Notes: generated by a model from the sequence alone, not told the origin. DNA of 49,290 bases from Neoechinorhynchus agilis (GCA_051530055.1 JBMGUZ010000015.1:1-49290), one strand, 5' to 3'; numbered from the stretch's first letter, positions 21,720-33,640 are shown. Translations and numbers: made by a program.

Positions 21720-23220
21720 TTATTTATTCCCAATTTTATTATTCTTAGAAGTAACATTTTTGATCCACGAGGAAATATCGTTGACATTACTTTCCAACAT
21801 TGCCAAAGTATCCGATCTAATTTCAATAACTCTGTCTTTAAACTTGTTCGTGCACTCTTCGGTAACTATGCCATATATTTCACATTGAACATTCTCTTGA
21901 ATCTTGTCGTTGGAATATCCGCGAGCCTCCAATCGATCAAATATTACAGCAGTGTCGCATCGAAGTATAAAGCCTCGGTTAATCCATCGTTTAGGCAATA
22001 CTTCCCCGGAGTGATAATCGAATAAAAACACGGGGAACTTGCTTTGATTTCTCATTTTATTCAATTCGCACTTAATTATCGACTTTAATTTCTTTTTCAA
22101 ATTGTGCTCATCTAATATATGGCAACGTCTAACTTCGTCATACTCTTCACATAGATTATTTCGATCAATGACCGATATTCACAAACGAAGGATCAAAATG
22201 CATAGAAAGATTTCATTTAGCTTCCAAAGAAATTGCGTATTTGATCCTTAAGTATTGCCAAGAGGCTATAAATTCTCAACTTAAACACTTTCACGTTAGA
22301 GGATTAGACGCGAAGTCGATGGATTCTCTAAAGATTAGTATTTTCGGAACGAGCAACCTCAAGCGAGACAAATATCTATCCTATTCGGGTCAGAGATTAA
22401 GTGCTATCTCGCGTTCGAAACCGAGTAACAATAAAACGTCAATTAAACTTTGAGTAATGCCCAGGAAATAATGCTAACCTTCTAAATCAATACAAAAGTG
22501 TAAAAATAAGATTGTATTTCAAAAGCAAAGATTTTGGTCGTAACTTTGACCTATAAAGATGCTTGCGAGTCTTTTGTTAAAGAATTGCCGATTCTTCGTC
22601 TTTTAAAAACATCGATAACAAACAAGAATATTGATAATAAAGATGGGATTGAGACTACAAATCCTAAAGGATGCCCAATGAAATTTTAAATTTAACACCA
22701 TTTAGTAATGAATTATATTAAGAATCTTAACTAATTTACTTGAAAAGATTATCTCAAAGCGATGACCGTAAAACTCTAAAGATGGATTATTTCTTTTTAC
22801 GTAGAAAAGAGTTGCAAAAATCGATTCTCACTTCGAATTCGTTGGTTATTAGAACTGGTCGAGGATTTCTGGAAATCAAGCAGAATGTTAGTTAAGAACT
22901 AAAAAAGGGTAAAAACAAAATCGGAATTCCACGATAGGATATTTGACGAAGAATTTTCGAAATTAAAAAGGTTAGTTAATGCAGGACACAAACCGGTCTA
23001 CTCGGAACATTGATCAATTATTCTCCAAAGCGATTTTGCCGATATCAACTACAACTACACCGATGGTATCGTTGATTCTAAGATTCCTTCTGATTCTTTC
23101 ACAAAGAGTTGATTTACCGGCACCGGGTGTTCCTGAAATTAAAATTCCAAGAAATCCGTCACGACCGGACTCGTGGTGTCTACGATCAATAACACAAAGA
23201 TTTGTATCCATTACTCGCAT
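21720..23220 (-). CDS. AK6: Adenylate kinase 6 (hCINAP/Fap7 family), coding segments 23220-23017 and 22154-21720 separated by an insertion; possibly a pseudogene
   Basis: ILISGTPGAGKSTL, VDIGKIALENN|LCEEYDEVRRCHILDEH, FDYHSGEVLPKRW, LRCDTAVIFDRLEARGYSNDKIQENVQCEI. Confidence 0.85.
22161..23016. mobile_element. 856-bp insertion in AK6 flanked by an ATTATT direct repeat and short inverted ends
   Basis: attatt (22155-22160) | tcgatcaatg ... cattgatca | attatt (23017-23022); removing it restores a collinear AK6 frame. Confidence 0.7.
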
Positions 23221-23774
23221 TTAAGAGGAAATCAGGCATAGGATGCTTCCAAATCATTATAGTTCTTGAATTTAGCGCAAATTTAAAATTTAAGAGGTGG
23301 AGACTACGAGAAATTTAAGGCTTTCGGAATCTAAAAAACGGTTGTCCATTGAAGAAATAACGCATCTTAATAACGATCATCTCATAATAGCATTAACTTT
23401 CAAAAAAACTTCACCGCATTGTTAAATACATTCGTTCGAAAAACATAGTGTAGCCGCCATGATGTTCAACCCAAAGGAAAACGTTCGGTTATTCAAACCT
23501 TCTGAATGCGACTGTCAAAGAATCCATTCAAAGTTACGATAATTTTTGTTACCGCAAACACAATGTTGATTCCGCAATAGAAAAGGTAATAATCGATGAA
23601 CAAAAATGAACCCTCAGTCAAAAATCAATAATATACACATTTGCCAAAATCCGTAGACGCGGGTATTAGCAAGGTTAGTGGACGAACGTCAATCAACCAC
23701 TAAAGGATCCTTATATCGACCATACACCTCGGTGTGAATGTGGAACAATCCAAGATGAAAGTACATTCCGGGCC

Positions 23775-26475
23775 CGTTTGAGCCGAGATGGGGTCCATTC
23801 GGGCACCGGATACCCAGCTCTATCGGTGTTTCGATTTTCTACTTCAAAGGTTCAACCCCGGCTCAATTGCTACGCCTGGTAAATCCGCGATGGAGTCCAA
23901 GGAACACCGAATCTCCCGATGGGTCGGTTTTATTTTTCGTCGTTATTTAAAGGATTCAATTCCGGCTGAAGTTCAACGCCGATTCGATCCGTGATGGGGT
24001 CCATTCGGGCATCGGATTCCCAGCTCTAATGGTGTTTCGGTTTTCCACTTCAAATGTCCATCCCCGGCTCAATTACTACGCCGGGTTAATCCGCGATGGA
24101 GTCAATGCGCACACCGAATCTCCCGATGGGTTGGTTTTATTTTTTGTCGTTATTTAAAAGATTTAATCGCGGCTCAAGTTCAACGCCGATTTGATCCGAG
24201 ATGGGGTCCATTCGGGCATCGGATCTCCAGCTCCATCGGTGTTTCGGTTTTCCATTTCAAATGTCCAACCCCGGCTCAATTGCTACGCCTGGTTAATCCG
24301 CGATGGAGTCGATGCGAACACCGAATCTCCCGATCGGTCGGTTTTATTTCTCGTTACTATTTAAAAGGTTTGATACCGGCTGAAGTTAAACGCCGTTTGA
24401 TCCGAGATGGAGTCCATTCGGGCACCGGATTCCCAGCTCTATCGGTGTTTCGGTTTTCCACTTCAAATGTCCAACCCCGGCTCAATTACTGCGCCTGGTT
24501 AATCCGTGATGGAGTCGATGCGAACACCGAATCTCCCGATCGGTCGGTTTTATTTTTCGTCGTTATTTAAAGGATTCAATTCCGGCTGAAGTTCAACGCC
24601 GATTCGATCCGAGATGGGGTCCATTCGGGCATCGGATCCCCAGCTCTAATGGTGTTTCGGTTTTCCACTTCAAATGTCCAACCCCGGCTCAATTACAACG
24701 CCGGGTTAATCCGCGATGGAGTCAATGCGCACACCGAATCTCCCGATGGGTCGGTTTTATTTTTCGTCGTTATTTAAAGGATTCAATTCCGGCTGAAGTT
24801 CAACGCCGATTTGATCCGAGATGGGGTCCATTCGGGCATCGGATCTCCAGCTCTATCGGTGTTTCGGTTTTCCATTTCAAATGTCCAACCCCGGCTCAAT
24901 TACTATGCCTGGTTAATCCGCGATGGAGTCGATGCGAACACCGAATCTCCCGATGGGTCGGTTTTATTTTTCGTCGTTATTTAAAGGATTCAATTCCGGC
25001 TGAAGTTCAACGCCGATTTGATCCGAGATGGGGTCCATTCGGGCATCGGATCTCCAGCTCCATCGGTGTTTCGGTTTTCCATTTCAAATGTCCAACCCCG
25101 GCTCAATTACTATGCCTGGTTAATCCGCGATGGAGTCGATGCGAACACCGAATCTCCCGATGGGTCGGTTTTATTTTTCGTCGTTATTTAAAGGATTCAA
25201 TTCCGGCTGAAGTTCAACGCCGATTTGATCCGAGATGGGGTCCATTCGGGCATCGGATCTACAGCTCTATCGGTGTTTCGGTTTTCCATTTCAAATGTCC
25301 AACCCCGGCTCAATTGCTACGCCTGGTTAATCCGCGATGGAGTCGATGCGAACACCGAATCTCCCGATCGGTCGGTTTTATTTCTCGTTACTATTTAAAA
25401 GGTTTGATACCGGCTGAAGTTAAACGCCGTTTGATCCGAGATGGAGTCCATTCGGGCACCGGATTCCCAGCTCTATCGGTGTTTCGGTTTTCCACTTCAA
25501 ATGTCCAACCCCGGCTCAATTACTACGCCTGGTTAATCCGTGATGGAGTCGATGCGAACACCGAATCTCCCGATCGGTCGGTTTTATTTTTCGTCGTTAT
25601 TTAAAGGATTCAATTCCGGCTGAAGTTCAACGCCGGTTTGATCCGAGATGGGGTCCATTCCGGCATCGGATCCCCAGCTCTAATGGTGTTTCGGTTTTCC
25701 ATTTCAAATGTCCATCCCCGGCTCAATTGCTACGCCTGGTTAATCCGCGATGGAGTCGATGCGAACACCGAATCTCCCGATCGGTCGGTTTTATTTCTCG
25801 TTACTATTTAAAAGGTTTGATACCGGCTGAAGTTAAACGCCGTTTGATCCGAGATGGAGTCCATTCGGGCACCGGATTCCCAGCTCTATCGGTGTTTCGG
25901 TTTTCCACTTCAAATGTCCAACCCCGGCTCAATTACTACGCCTGGTTAATCCGTGATGGAGTCGATGCGAACACCGAATCTCCCGATCGGTCGGTTTTAT
26001 TTTTCGTCGTTATTTAAAGGATTCAATTCCGGCTGAAGTTCAACGCCGGTTTGATCCGAGATGGGGTCCATTCCGGCATCGGATCCCCAGCTCTAATGGT
26101 GTTTCGGTTTTCCATTTCAAATGTCCATCCCCGGCTCAATTACTACGCCTGGTTAATCCGCGATGGAGTCCATGCGAACACCGAATCTCCCGATCCGTCG
26201 GTTTTATTTTTTGTCGTTATTTAAAAGATTCAATTCCGGCTGAAGTTCAACGCCGGTTTGATCCGAGATGGAGTCCATTCGGGCACCGGATCCCAGCTCT
26301 ATCGGTGTTTCGGTTTTCCACTTCAAATGTCCAACCCCGGCTCAATTACTACGCCTGGTTAATCCGCGATGGAGTCCATGCGAACACCGAATCTCCCGAT
26401 CGGTTGGTTTTATTTCTCGTTACTGTTTAAAAGTTCAATCTCGGCTGAAGTTCAACGACAGCTTGATCCGAGATG
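23775..26475 (+). repeat. SatB tandem array, ~206-207 bp monomer (two ~103-bp subunits), ~13 copies, local 413-bp dimers
   Basis: gatggggtccattc at 23787 and 23993; repeat-derived ORFs at 24280, 25314 and 25727 (offsets 1034 and 413). Confidence 0.97.
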
Positions 26476-26610
26476 ATCGTAACTTATAAATATTCCCGTG
26501 TTTTCAGAAGAGTAAAGTATAAAAACGGACGTCCACTAAACTTAAAATTAATGAACTTTTTCAGAATAGACCAGCTTTGGGCTTCTTTGGCCCTCGAAAT
26601 ACCTCAGATG

Positions 26611-26845
26611 TGTACTTCCAATTTTGAGATTATCTTATAAAGTTTTTGCAGAATGCTAAAGTACCACTTGGATTTCTAGTTTAATCAACAACTTACGGAC
26701 TACAACTCGATATTCTTAGAAATAATGCAAACGTCCATTTTCATTGATCTATTGGAAACGATGAGTTTAGTACCTTACTTTCTAAGTAGTTAAACATTGA
26801 GGCCTATGGGCCACAACAAAAGTGCTTTTTGGGACACGAAATGCA
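26611..26845 (-). repeat. SatA, single monomer heading module copy 2
   Basis: Begins tgtacttcc and ends gaaatgca; reverse orientation relative to 1-3026. Confidence 0.9.
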
Positions 26846-27050
26846 TCCGTCAGGAAATTGGTTTCGGAAGTAACAACAAAAGCATGGGCGTTAACGAGTA
26901 ATGTAAAGTAATTAAAAGTAATGGGTTCTTTGTTTAGTTCATTAAAGCCTTTGAAAATCAAGGATTTTTAAGTACTTTAATTATAATTAATCTGTTTGAT
27001 TAGTGATGCCTATCTGCATTACATCAATGTCGGCTTCTTGATCTCGCGAT

Positions 27051-27130
27051 ATGATTGGTTGCACAAATTTATTGAGTGTAGTGAATCGCGCTGATTGGTT
27101 GCGCAACGCACTGTGGGAGCCTATTTATCA
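27051..27130 (+). promoter_or_regulatory. Putative promoter of ORF540: two reverse CCAAT boxes plus a TATA-like tatttat
   Basis: TGATTGGTT at 27052 and 27092 (40 bp apart). Both ATTGG cores persist in the diverged upstream region of the relic copy near 41385-41425. Confidence 0.35.
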
Positions 27131-27336
27131 TACCATTGAACCCGAATTGTATACATCGCTAATATCTTGGCATATCGTACTAACGACCTAAACAGCAACG
27201 TTCTTAAACTCAACTTTCTACATCGGGTCATTACTATAATCTACTGATATTTAACGATCTGATCGCTTCCTTAAACGAACATCTATTCAACGGCAACAAA
27301 CGCGATCACCTTTGCAAATCATTTTAACTTGCACAA

Positions 27337-28959
27337 ATGTCGGACAAAAGACCCCAATTGAGAATCGATCCAAGAACTGGGGAATACTACATTCCTAGTT
27401 ACCTACGAAGCGATGGAACTTGGACAGAAAGGATCGTCTTCCGACCGGCCAGAATTAACAATGAGCAACAGCGCTCAAATAATACTATTAGCTCAAATGC
27501 CACTATAAATGAAAATTTAAATCATGACTCGCAGCAAAGATCAAACCGAACCAGGAGTGTTCCAAGACCGAATCAAATTAACTATGCAAATAGAAATTCT
27601 CGTGGATCGGCACCTCTCGCTCGCTATCAACCTGATCGAAGCAAAAATGAACTTTCGAGGAGCAACAGGGCAACATACTCGGTATTTCGGTCCGGACACC
27701 AAAACAAAAATTCTGGAAATAGTGGCACAAATGTAGAAGGTGCAAATTATCAAAATCGTGCCAGAAGCGTACAGAGAGCTCTTCAATTAAATTCGCCTCG
27801 CGGAAATGGGCACGAAGAAGAGTCCACTTCAAGATTTCAAACTGCGACACTTAATAGTGCTATAAACACAGCGGGACACTTCAACGACTCAGGGAGCCAA
27901 AGGGCTCAATTCGTCCAGAATCACCAAAATCCCACGCTACAACAACCACAAACAACAACCAATACTGCTATCGGCCAATCGATCAATTTCGGCGGCATAC
28001 AAAATGTTAACATGATTGGTGGCTTCCCGGCCCAACGATTCACCCAATTACCTTTTGGACAAACAATACAGCCAATGCCTCAACTTATCGCCAATATGCA
28101 GGCATTATCTTTGGGGAATCAAGTTGGACAAATTTATCCATTAAATCAACCCAATGCGGCTTATGGATTAGGGTGCGGTGCAACCGGTGTTAATCAATTT
28201 CCTTCGGGATTTCTGCTGCCACATCAACTACAAAGGATCCCAAATACATTTAATGCACCCAATCACACCTTTGAGGCGGATAAACCAATTGATGAGGGAG
28301 AAGCTTTAAAAAACCAGCCGAAAAAAGATCATCTTCTCTCGACTAAACTATATATCAACCGGAAAAACGGCGACCATGAGGAAAAGGTCCCAGTCATTGT
28401 GGAATTGAGCATCCGCGCCGACGACCAAACAAACAGTGAACTTCGAAAATATACAAAGGGCGGAATTAAGAATGCTTCTTTGCGGCCACGACATCGAGAT
28501 AATTCAAATATTCCCAGTTATTTATGGACTTATCTGCGTCCCGCTCAAAGGGATTACATAAAAAACAACAAAGTTGAAGGAGAGCCCGGCGATATAGAAG
28601 ATATCGAAGACGTTGTCTTTGCGTTGGAACGTGAGGAAGAGATGCCGCCGATTCCGGAAAAATTTACTATTGTTATCCAAAAGCCCGAAAAGGAGCAGAA
28701 AATTCCTGAATGGTTTACCTGCCACAACGACGAACAATGGCAGGATATCGGCGATGAAACCTTTATGGAAGAGTTTCTAATGGGCGATGATGATATGGAG
28801 ATCTTAAAATTGAATGCCGATACACTGAACACTAATAACAAAGACATGGCCTTTATTATGAAGTCATTGGCCAATAGTAAAGTGCACATTGAAGCTGTCA
28901 CCATTGTAAATGATAAAGAAGATAAAGACAGTGAAAATAATTCAGATGAACAGAACTGA
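27337..28959 (+). CDS. Module ORF540 copy 2
   Basis: 540 aa, 7 amino-acid differences from copy 1. Confidence 0.8.
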   Translation: MSDKRPQLRIDPRTGEYYIPSYLRSDGTWTERIVFRPARINNEQQRSNNTISSNATINENLNHDSQQRSNRTRSVPRPNQINYANRNSRGSAPLARYQPDRSKNELSRSNRATYSVFRSGHQNKNSGNSGTNVEGANYQNRARSVQRALQLNSPRGNGHEEESTSRFQTATLNSAINTAGHFNDSGSQRAQFVQNHQNPTLQQPQTTTNTAIGQSINFGGIQNVNMIGGFPAQRFTQLPFGQTIQPMPQLIANMQALSLGNQVGQIYPLNQPNAAYGLGCGATGVNQFPSGFLLPHQLQRIPNTFNAPNHTFEADKPIDEGEALKNQPKKDHLLSTKLYINRKNGDHEEKVPVIVELSIRADDQTNSELRKYTKGGIKNASLRPRHRDNSNIPSYLWTYLRPAQRDYIKNNKVEGEPGDIEDIEDVVFALEREEEMPPIPEKFTIVIQKPEKEQKIPEWFTCHNDEQWQDIGDETFMEEFLMGDDDMEILKLNADTLNTNNKDMAFIMKSLANSKVHIEAVTIVNDKEDKDSENNSDEQN

Positions 28960-29995
28960 AGAAATACGGAGGCTAAATAAAGAAGAAACGATTAACTCGG
29001 CAAGAAAATAAACCAGGATGCTCAAAATGGGAATATCGAAATTTGCGAAAATGAAAAGTTTATAAAAAATGAAGAGTGATCGAACAAACTGTCACTGTTT
29101 TTTGATGTGCTTAAATAAAAAAATTAAAATCAAGTGTTTCAAATGGGCATTGATTTTCACTTGTCGCCTATTAAGCAAATAATTTTAGGGGTATTTGTGG
29201 GCACTTAAGATTTAAAAAATGATTTATTATTCTGGAGCGTTAAAAATTTATACAAGTTTGTTTTGTTTAGGATTTAGCGAAAAAATAGGAATATTTATTG
29301 AATAAAATGGATTAAAATAAATATTTACTTACAGATATTGGGAAGACTAAAAAAGGTTAAAAATACATAGCTTCAAATTTAAAAACTCTCGAGTGTTATT
29401 TCATAAGCAATTGTGATCACCGCATAAATCAAAGGATGAACGAATTTGTGTTTCGGAAAGCCTTTCATTTCCAATTTTTTTTCAAAACATAATTATGTTA
29501 AATGGAATTTAAAGAGAGAGAACAAGTAACATTTTCTTCACATCGGGGATGTATATTTTTTGAAGCTTCTGGTCAGTTATTTTTTGAAACATATCATTGG
29601 CGAAATAACAGCTATCAAAACTGTCAGGATTCATAGTTATCCACCAGCAACTTTTTGTGAGCCTGAAATCAAATTACAGAGTAACAAATCATTCCATGAC
29701 AAAGAATGTTTTCAACATATTCTAAATGAAAAAATGTCTTCAAATTAAAAAGAGTAAAGACAAAAACCTTTTACCTTGGTGCAACAAATAAGACATTGAA
29801 CGGGATTATTTTTAAAGTACTTTGAGTAATTGCTGAATTGCGAAGTGGACATTTGTCTTATGATTTTGGTCAATTCCTGGTATTATTGTTGTCCAGCATT
29901 AAAATCCTGAAAAAATTAATATGAGTTCTATAGAAAACACAATAATAAATATTTTTAAAGCATCATAAGACGAATAGAAGCAAACTAATTTTAAG

Positions 29996-30304
29996 TTGCT
30001 GATATTATTTTTGTCAGCTATTGTTCAGAAACAAAACAAAGAAAACGGGGAACTTGACAATCTTATTAAGGACGTAGCAGCCAAAATTAAAGTAACGCCT
30101 GGCATGGAAAAAGGTAAAAATACCGATGATAAATCTCATACAAAGTCCGGTGTTCACTCTAAGTTTGATGTTGAGATTGAAGAGCAGTCAAAAAGTTCGA
30201 TAAAAACGAAATCTAAACTTAGTTTTGAAGACGGGAGCTGTAAAGAAATTTCAAGAAAGAGGCTGTCATCTTCCATTCGAGGTAAGGAGAAAACAAAAAT
30301 TTAG
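29996..30304 (+). CDS. Module ORF102 copy 2 (probable exon 29996-30281)
   Basis: aattttaag| acceptor at 29995; phase-1 donor g|gtaagg at 30282. Confidence 0.5.
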   Translation: MLILFLSAIVQKQNKENGELDNLIKDVAAKIKVTPGMEKGKNTDDKSHTKSGVHSKFDVEIEEQSKSSIKTKSKLSFEDGSCKEISRKRLSSSIRGKEKTKI

Positions 30305-30398
30305 CGAACGGATTCAACACCTCTCCGTCAGAGGCTTTTGATCACTATGTACTGTGAGCACAAAGTTATGAATTTTGATTTAGTAAGGAGCATCCTTA

Positions 30399-31277
30399 AT
30401 GAAATTCGAAATTCTTCAATTCGGATTGATAGATGTTCTTGGAGAGATGTTCGACAACAAAGATAATGCTCCACTCAACAAACTCTTAAACCAAGTTGGT
30501 TTGAAGATCAAGGAGGCTTTTGATCAAAAACGATTTAAAGAACGACGAGCGACGAAACCCAAATTAAATAAAACAAAAGAATTAGAACCCGAAATATCAG
30601 GTACTGGTTCTAGTGATAGGAATTCTAATGCAATTTCGGACAAAGAAACAGAATCGCCGAAGAGTATCAATAGCGATAAAAAAGGAGAAATGGGACTTCG
30701 TAACGTCGAAAACGTTCACAGTCAACAGATTTCAGAATCCAAACAATTGATGCCGCCTTCTCTTTTAACTAAGGAGATTAAATTATTAAAGTCTTTGTTG
30801 GATTCTCAATACGCAACGAAAATCTTCGAACTGGTGGACGATGTACTTTCCGAGATTTCGGAATTAGCGATGACCGCGGATCAAATCAAAGATTCCGATC
30901 TCATAGCCATTCTCCATAACATGGCCAGCAACGAGGAAAACGAACCGCTAATCGACATTATCGATGAAATCGGAAAAAAGATCGTGGGAATCTTTAATCG
31001 GCAACCTACAGAAATGTCCAATACTACGACGGAAAATAAATCAGGATCACGATTGAAAGACAAATCACCGAATGAATCCACTTCAAAAAGAAAATCATCA
31101 AAGCCTTCAGTTGATATGAACTTGAGTACCAAGGAACTCTGTGATCGTTTAAAAAGCATCTTGGACGAGAAGTTCACTGTGCGGAACCACGCGATGCCAA
31201 AGCGGATACTCAGCGCGATGATTAAACGTGAAATAGCGTTGAGTGAAATTCGGAACTACAATTTGCATCCTAACTAA
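30399..31277 (+). CDS. Module ORF292 copy 2 (probable exon from 30388)
   Basis: Intron 30282-30387 would join ORF102 in frame (SSIR-G-ASLMKFEIL); duplicated helical repeat. Confidence 0.65.
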   Translation: MKFEILQFGLIDVLGEMFDNKDNAPLNKLLNQVGLKIKEAFDQKRFKERRATKPKLNKTKELEPEISGTGSSDRNSNAISDKETESPKSINSDKKGEMGLRNVENVHSQQISESKQLMPPSLLTKEIKLLKSLLDSQYATKIFELVDDVLSEISELAMTADQIKDSDLIAILHNMASNEENEPLIDIIDEIGKKIVGIFNRQPTEMSNTTTENKSGSRLKDKSPNESTSKRKSSKPSVDMNLSTKELCDRLKSILDEKFTVRNHAMPKRILSAMIKREIALSEIRNYNLHPN

Positions 31278-31358
31278 AGTTCGTGTGAATCCTTTAAATA
31301 TTCGGCACAAAAGACTGATTGAAAAATTGTTGAAGAAAATAAATGGCGGCTGATATGA

Positions 31359-31745
31359 ATGAAAAAATTTAAATCTCGAAAACGAATAGTGGTCCTGAGA
31401 AATAAATCTGAAGGAAAAATGTTGGCGACGGAAACAACGGAGCAGCAGAAAACGAGAGCAGAATTCATGGGGAAATTTGAAGGAAAGACAAATATCAGAT
31501 CTAACGAGGATAAAAACGAAGCTAAGACGGACATTTCTGATTTCACTTCCGAGGGTTCAACCGGTTTCGAAACCGATTATTCGAACATCAATAACAACTT
31601 TATTTATAAAAGTACGATCTATGTTCAACTGGAATTTTCGTTACCGATGGTTTTAAAAATAACGTGGAGTGTACAGCATCGAGTTGGCTACCCAACATTT
31701 AATGTAGTTGAAATCCAGCAGGGAAACCTAGAGCGCCCCTTTTAG
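31359..31745 (+). CDS. Module ORF128 copy 2
   Basis: Open in both copies; no domain recognised. Confidence 0.35.
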   Translation: MKKFKSRKRIVVLRNKSEGKMLATETTEQQKTRAEFMGKFEGKTNIRSNEDKNEAKTDISDFTSEGSTGFETDYSNINNNFIYKSTIYVQLEFSLPMVLKITWSVQHRVGYPTFNVVEIQQGNLERPF

Positions 31746-32750
31746 ACTCATAAAGTCTTGATTAAAATCGTTAATAATTTTCTCGCTGTACATTGCATTC
31801 CCCCCGCAATCTATCTTTCTCTCAAAGAATATGGCATTGCGCCCGCTGTTCCTGGATTTGAGTGAAATACACAGGCTGCAGGTCGAATTCGCTTATTTTT
31901 GTCTTAATATTATTTGATAGGATGTTTTGTTGTGGAAACATTAAAGGTAAGAAAGTTTCACTTAACCACTTTCATCTCTTGAGGGTTTAGGTGACTCTTT
32001 CAACTTTACTGCAAATTCGCTTACGAGAAACAATCCCTTCCCCAACGTTATCCCCTATCTGCCCCAACAACCGGCTTAAGAATCAACTCTTTTCTATTGG
32101 CGAAATGCCCTTAAATTTTTCTATCATATGAATAAATCAGGCTCCAATATCTACTTTTTAGTTGTCCACCGTCACGCGTAGTTTCCTATTTTGCTCCATC
32201 AAATTGTAAATGTCTCTCCAAGTTTTCCAATTTTATATCATTATCCCCTTCCACCTTCCATGGTACGACTAACCGACTCTCTTTGAGTCCTGTTCGAGAA
32301 AGTGTACGGCTAATCCTGAAATTGACGAAGATGATCATTGGAACGCTGATTGATATAAAATTCGTTTCAAAAATTCAATTAACATTACAGGTAATCGGAA
32401 TCTTCTTGAATGATTCATTATTGAATTTCTAAACATACTCCACAATACCGTGTTTTTTTAACACATTTAGCGATTGTATCTCCAAAGCTAGAATGAGACT
32501 ACTAAATCTTCTTATGAATTTTAACTCTTCCCTGTTTCTGAGAGCTCATAAAAGATGCTAAACTTACAGGTCATGACATGCTGAAATACGTTTGATTACT
32601 TAATCTAGCGATTCAGCCGTTTTATTCCCGGTTACTCTTCCTTCCATACATACCGCGAGGTCCGCCCAGGAAGATGGTCTCAATCTACGAACGGCAATCT
32701 TTCACATCGGCGAAACCCCGATCGAGAATTCATCGCAATCCACTTTTCAG

Positions 32751-33622
32751 CTCCTGGCTCCTTTCCTCTTCATCTTGGTGATTGATTGGGTAATGAGATG
32801 GGCACTATCGAATGATGAAGATGGATTTCTTCGGTTGAGGAAAAGAGGTCGCAGGTATCCTGAGATACACGCCTCCTACATGGCATATGCCGACGACATC
32901 ATGTTGATGTCCTCAACAGTCGAAGGAGCTCAACGCATGCTAAATAGACTGTGCGAGAGGGCGAATATGATTGGTATGACCATCAACTCGAAAAAGACGA
33001 TTCCGCATGTCGCGCATACAGTCCCTGGCGAAGGGCCGAATGGCGTTGAGCAATTAAAACAGATAGAGCGGTATGTCTATCTGGGAGCTGTCGTTCCTGA
33101 GGTGAGTGCGGATGTCAGCCGATGGAGAGCTATAGCTTGGAGAGCAATGGGGCAACTTAAGCCACTGTTTGACAGCGAGTCTTTGCCAGACGAACTCCGT
33201 TCCAAGCTGTTCAGGACTCTAATTGAGAGCATTCTCTACTACAATGCAGAGACCTGGACACTGTCACCAACGGCGACGATGAAGTTGGACCAAAATCATT
33301 CATCTCTCTTACGTGCGGCGTTCAAGCTCAGATGGTCAGTAAAGTGACCAACAAAGCACTGTATAAGGGAGCCGGAGTCCAACCGCCCAGTAAATATTTG
33401 CGCCACAGACGACTGCAGTTCACGGGCAATATAATTCGGTCCGAGGCATCTTGCCCACAGGTCGTGCAAGAGTTCCTTTTCTGGAAGCCAACGACATTGT
33501 ATCGTAAAGGCAAAGGGAACTGTCGTGCATACGATGACCTGATTTTAAGAGACGCGAATTGCCCGCATAACAGGACTGCTGTCGTGTATTTTAGATCCCT
33601 TGCGGAGTCTAATTCTATTTGA
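32751..33622 (+). pseudogene. 5'-truncated RTE-like RT 3' part (module copy 2)
   Basis: LAPFLFILVIDW, YADD, YVYLG, YNAETWTL; same frameshift as copy 1. Confidence 0.85.
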
Positions 33623-33640
33623 CGGGCTTATACCTACGGT

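Noticed and set aside
22241-22453. ORF inside the AK6 insertion
   Set aside because: Short, stop-riddled continuation; no transposase or other motif recognised.
23845-23862. B-box-like GGTTCAACCCC in the first SatB unit
   Set aside because: Not the array consensus; no A box or cloverleaf.
24280-26489. Repeated 96-aa and 73-aa ORFs in SatB
   Set aside because: By-products of the tandem repeat: non-ATG or inconsistent starts, and frames broken between monomers.
28520-28590. IPSYLWTYLRPAQRDYIK in ORF540 resembling a motif seen in some Copia gag proteins
   Set aside because: No zinc knuckle, capsid signature, protease or pol follows; one short motif is insufficient.
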